Of a DNA stretch of 36,593 nucleotides, positions 36,001 to 36,593 are shown piece after piece. A program made the translations under genes and the position numbers. Origin of the DNA: Candidatus Omnitrophota bacterium (lineage in GTDB: Bacteria; Omnitrophota; Gorgyraeia; Zapsychrales; JANLHA01); assembly GCA_023143685.1 (NCBI GenBank), contig JAGLHE010000084.1, forward strand, positions 1 to 36,593, read 5' to 3'. Position 1 is the first letter of the stretch; every line of letters starts with the position of its first letter. The notes below the pieces were generated by a model. It did no database searches, had not been told where the DNA came from, and saw nothing but the letters and a program-made list of their open reading frames with translations.

Positions 36001-36591
36001 AAGGTCTACGGCTGCTATGTCATCTAACGGCGCCTTCTTGGACGTAAACTTAACTGTTGAATTCTCATAAGCGAAAGACAAGAAAGATTTCTCGTCGTTG
36101 ACCGGACCTAATACAGGGAATCGTGCTTCAGGAGCATGCAAGTTCTTTGAATCAGTTGAACCGATAATATATGTTTCCTGTTTTTCTCCTAAATTATTAA
36201 GCTCTATCAAATTCGCTCTTTCATTATCTCTCGCTATTATTCGCCTATTATGTCCCGGAAGGTCTCCGTCTATCTTTTTAGATGTTGGAATCGCTGGGGC
36301 AAACTTTTTATCAAGCTCATCAATAATCGTCTGATCATGCGAAGCGTGTCTTTGATCTAACCCAGACTGTTTCGCTTTTTCTTCAGACAGAGGAATAAAT
36401 TTAATCTCTTTTTCAATATCAAAGATTTGCTGTGATCCTGTTGTTTGGGTTGTTTGGATTACTGCCGCGTCAAATTCCGAACCAAAGAACAAGCTGAATT
36501 TGTATTGACCGTCTACTACAAAATCTTTAGCAGACTTCTCTGATACGAATAACCAGTCTGTCCTTAATGTATTTTTGTTCATCTCATCAGC
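1..36591 (-). CDS. Giant multidomain membrane protein, internal fragment of about 12,197 aa, open at both window edges
   Basis: One minus frame (triplets starting at positions = 1 mod 3) translated without a stop wherever read, from ...ADEMNKNTLRTDWLFVS at the right edge to ...GPTAGILGPEEFNSKKAKRK at the left edge. All recognisable motifs across 36 kb lie in this frame. No minus-strand ORF in the supplied track uses this frame, as expected if it contains no stop. Confidence 0.95.
190..700 (-). other. LOG-family (Rossmann-fold nucleotide phosphoribohydrolase / TIGR00730-like) domain within the giant CDS
   Basis: TVFGSAR, VSGGGPGIMEAANKGA, SIGLLIKLPNEQSGNPYI, FKYFFPRK and the signature MPGGFGTLDELFE. 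Confidence 0.93.
1225..1480 (-). other. Hydrophobic segment, probably 2-3 transmembrane helices
   Basis: GCVITIGGGVIAGYSALGGIASIPFWFTGGIMRLALIAYF and WSWSSLWVLLPMWGGFTYSMLALSF. Confidence 0.5.
2330..2830 (-). other. RelA/SpoT-type (p)ppGpp hydrolase HD domain (small alarmone hydrolase / Mesh1-like)
   Basis: AYAGEHRQDRRPYIVHPIEVA, AALLHDVVEDT, KEFG, IIKIADRIQNL. Confidence 0.9.
3040..3600 (-). other. HD-superfamily domain of GlnD/CCA-adding-enzyme type, with HD changed to HE
   Basis: LLPFW...VVHVL...LAILFHEAGK...HPEQSARIA...VRHHD...LADRAA. Confidence 0.75.
3800..4420 (-). other. Hanks-type Ser/Thr protein kinase-like domain
   Basis: RGSNAYVYKAHD, IVALK, HPNVAQI, VEYVDG, catalytic loop HGDVGLRNVV, VKWIDY in the DFG position. 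Confidence 0.88.
4520..4870 (-). other. Small P-loop (nucleotide-kinase-like) domain with a degenerate Walker A
   Basis: LLVVLDGPESCGKEPLAK (GKE instead of GK[S/T]); later LIYEG resembles the strand of NMP-kinase-like folds. Confidence 0.55.
5400..5960 (-). other. HD-GYP-like phosphohydrolase domain lacking the GYP motif
   Basis: TRMHADIV, AAALHDIGKI, PRRLNSEE...HPEYS, VRYHHS, LDFLSAYTEVFRSY (matches the D..AMT..R.Y position). Confidence 0.8.
8655..9100 (-). other. Histidine-kinase HATPase_c-like domain, degenerate
   Basis: AIIEKALNFTEKGHV (N box with N changed to K), ISVEDTSVGI (G1 degenerate), KIFD, WVGLDIAK...LGGTIDVKS...GIKFTVVLP. Confidence 0.82.
12690..12815 (-). other. HisKA-like phosphoacceptor helix (H box)
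   Basis: IGELLHELKTPSL matches the H-box consensus HEL[K/R]TP. Confidence 0.6.
13275..13700 (-). other. Histidine-kinase HATPase_c domain, boxes largely intact
   Basis: NAFSDVLRNSYQA (N box), IRMRDYAGGIP (G1), GYSTK (F), HGLGLGM (G2), HGGTVDV...GLEVTFILP. Confidence 0.88.
14380..14950 (-). repeat. HEAT / PBS-lyase-type helical repeats
   Basis: VAAWALGKI; WEARKFAVEALGYIGGDKAVALLVEALKDPVWVVRREAVLSL; LEDEHPEVRQAAKEALG; RVGLAIALAHMNDERAISIL. Confidence 0.85.
15195..16810 (-). other. glgA: Glycogen/starch synthase (GT5, GlgA-like), complete domain within the giant CDS
   Basis: [101 protein letters not shown]. Confidence 0.95.
17450..18010 (-). other. HD-superfamily domain of GlnD/CCA type
   Basis: VIPELKAL...AWAHTQMVL...NALLHDIGKAK...QH...LLNH...NLADIRGV. 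Confidence 0.82.
18800..19955 (-). other. GT-B glycosyltransferase, EarP (DUF2331)-like
   Basis: N-terminal MDIYINFLYEGYGDITAAVLLAQALA resembles the EarP DIFC.V.DN[F/Y]GDIGV.WRLA motif. C-terminal ADLPVGVRGMYTLLDAIVMGIPFVYEVY resembles D.NFVRGEDSFVRAQWAG.PF.W.IY (consensus recalled from memory). Confidence 0.6.
20070..20360 (-). other. CBM48 / glycogen-binding E-set domain
   Basis: FSLRAP...IVLTGDFTNW...DDLWAVVVP...YEFKFII...EWVNGPYA...NSLIV. Confidence 0.85.
20450..20830 (-). other. Pol-beta-superfamily (minimal) nucleotidyltransferase domain
   Basis: LLGSVQMGEAGVASDIDMHVV matches GS..G.....SD.D. Confidence 0.8.
22560..27500 (-). other. FKS1/callose-synthase-like 1,3-beta-glucan synthase (GT48-like) multi-pass region
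   Basis: Collinear motif matches: IGSYANNVEFAE; FAKLNEIL; FNVLNFIRV then a TM bundle; VYPNEFNNLITR; RPENQ; YRSPASFRIDG; LEYG; AAEDAVGG...GGDIEYDFLYKGGEGRALGF...EK; second TM bundle with GKSDFVPTVRAPAT and VYPYLSDP. Confidence 0.75.
24353..24642 (-). repeat. Tandem duplication, 2 x 144 bp (48 aa), in frame
   Basis: 24353-24496 versus 24497-24640 differ at 3 positions by my comparison; unit KVLRALEGVSDYD[W/L]KE[M/R]LFRS[H/Y]EHFLSLAYLNPAERAVVLNGDLTDEE. Confidence 0.97.
28265..28360 (-). other. Single transmembrane helix
   Basis: GTIISVIFAVAVVVSLFAIPRLISLIKALF. Confidence 0.85.
28800..32250 (-). repeat. Degenerate YD/RHS-like beta-hairpin repeat region
   Basis: Recurrent YDRSGR, YDANG, YDLYG, YNEKG, YHRNG, YNTDE, YNAVT turns between T/V/Y-rich strands. 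Confidence 0.55.
32810..34030 (-). other. (alpha/alpha)6 six-hairpin glycosidase-like domain
   Basis: SYSWDHSRSIA; GVTASLG...YEYITGKKAY...MADWL...GGL; YTEPNAIIYAFL; SADAQGRWVLALG; FPEVTAEMVNVY; LPQAT...TGFGW; ASIAEY...NPW. The order fits uncharacterised six-hairpin glycosidases. Confidence 0.6.
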
Positions 36592-36593
36592 AA

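Noticed and set aside
290-36334. The short ORFs (60-152 aa) in the supplied track
   Set aside because: All overlap the giant frame antisense or off-frame and show no recognisable motifs; they are shadows of a long coding strand.
1-36593. Non-coding DNA, pseudogene field or alternative genetic code as the reason for no long ORF
   Set aside because: The standard code gives a continuous frame, with Trp as TGG and no in-frame TGA, TAG or TAA seen. The ORF is missing from the track only because it lacks both ends.

Overview
The whole window is an internal slice of one giant minus-strand gene. The frame made of + strand triplets starting at positions 1, 4, 7... read as reverse complement showed no stop codon in any stretch I translated by hand. 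The supplied ORF track lists no complete ORF in that frame, which is what an ORF lacking both ends would give; the listed short ORFs are antisense or off-frame shadows. The slice encodes about 12,197 aa with neither terminus visible. From N to C (right to left): an unknown region; an (alpha/alpha)6 glycosidase-like domain; a long YD/RHS-like beta-rich region; a single TM helix; an apparently full-length FKS1/callose-synthase-like (GT48, 1,3-beta-glucan synthase) multi-pass enzyme; then about 7,200 aa of enzyme-like modules separated by about 25 copies of a short S-S-P-[V/I] linker. The modules include a Pol-beta-type nucleotidyltransferase, CBM48, an EarP-like GT-B, GlnD/CCA-type HD domains, glycogen synthase GlgA, HEAT repeats, HisKA/HATPase parts, an HD-GYP-like domain, a P-loop domain, a Ser/Thr kinase, a (p)ppGpp hydrolase and a LOG domain. 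The style resembles the giant proteins reported from Omnitrophota (inference). All domain calls come from motif recognition by eye, not from searches.
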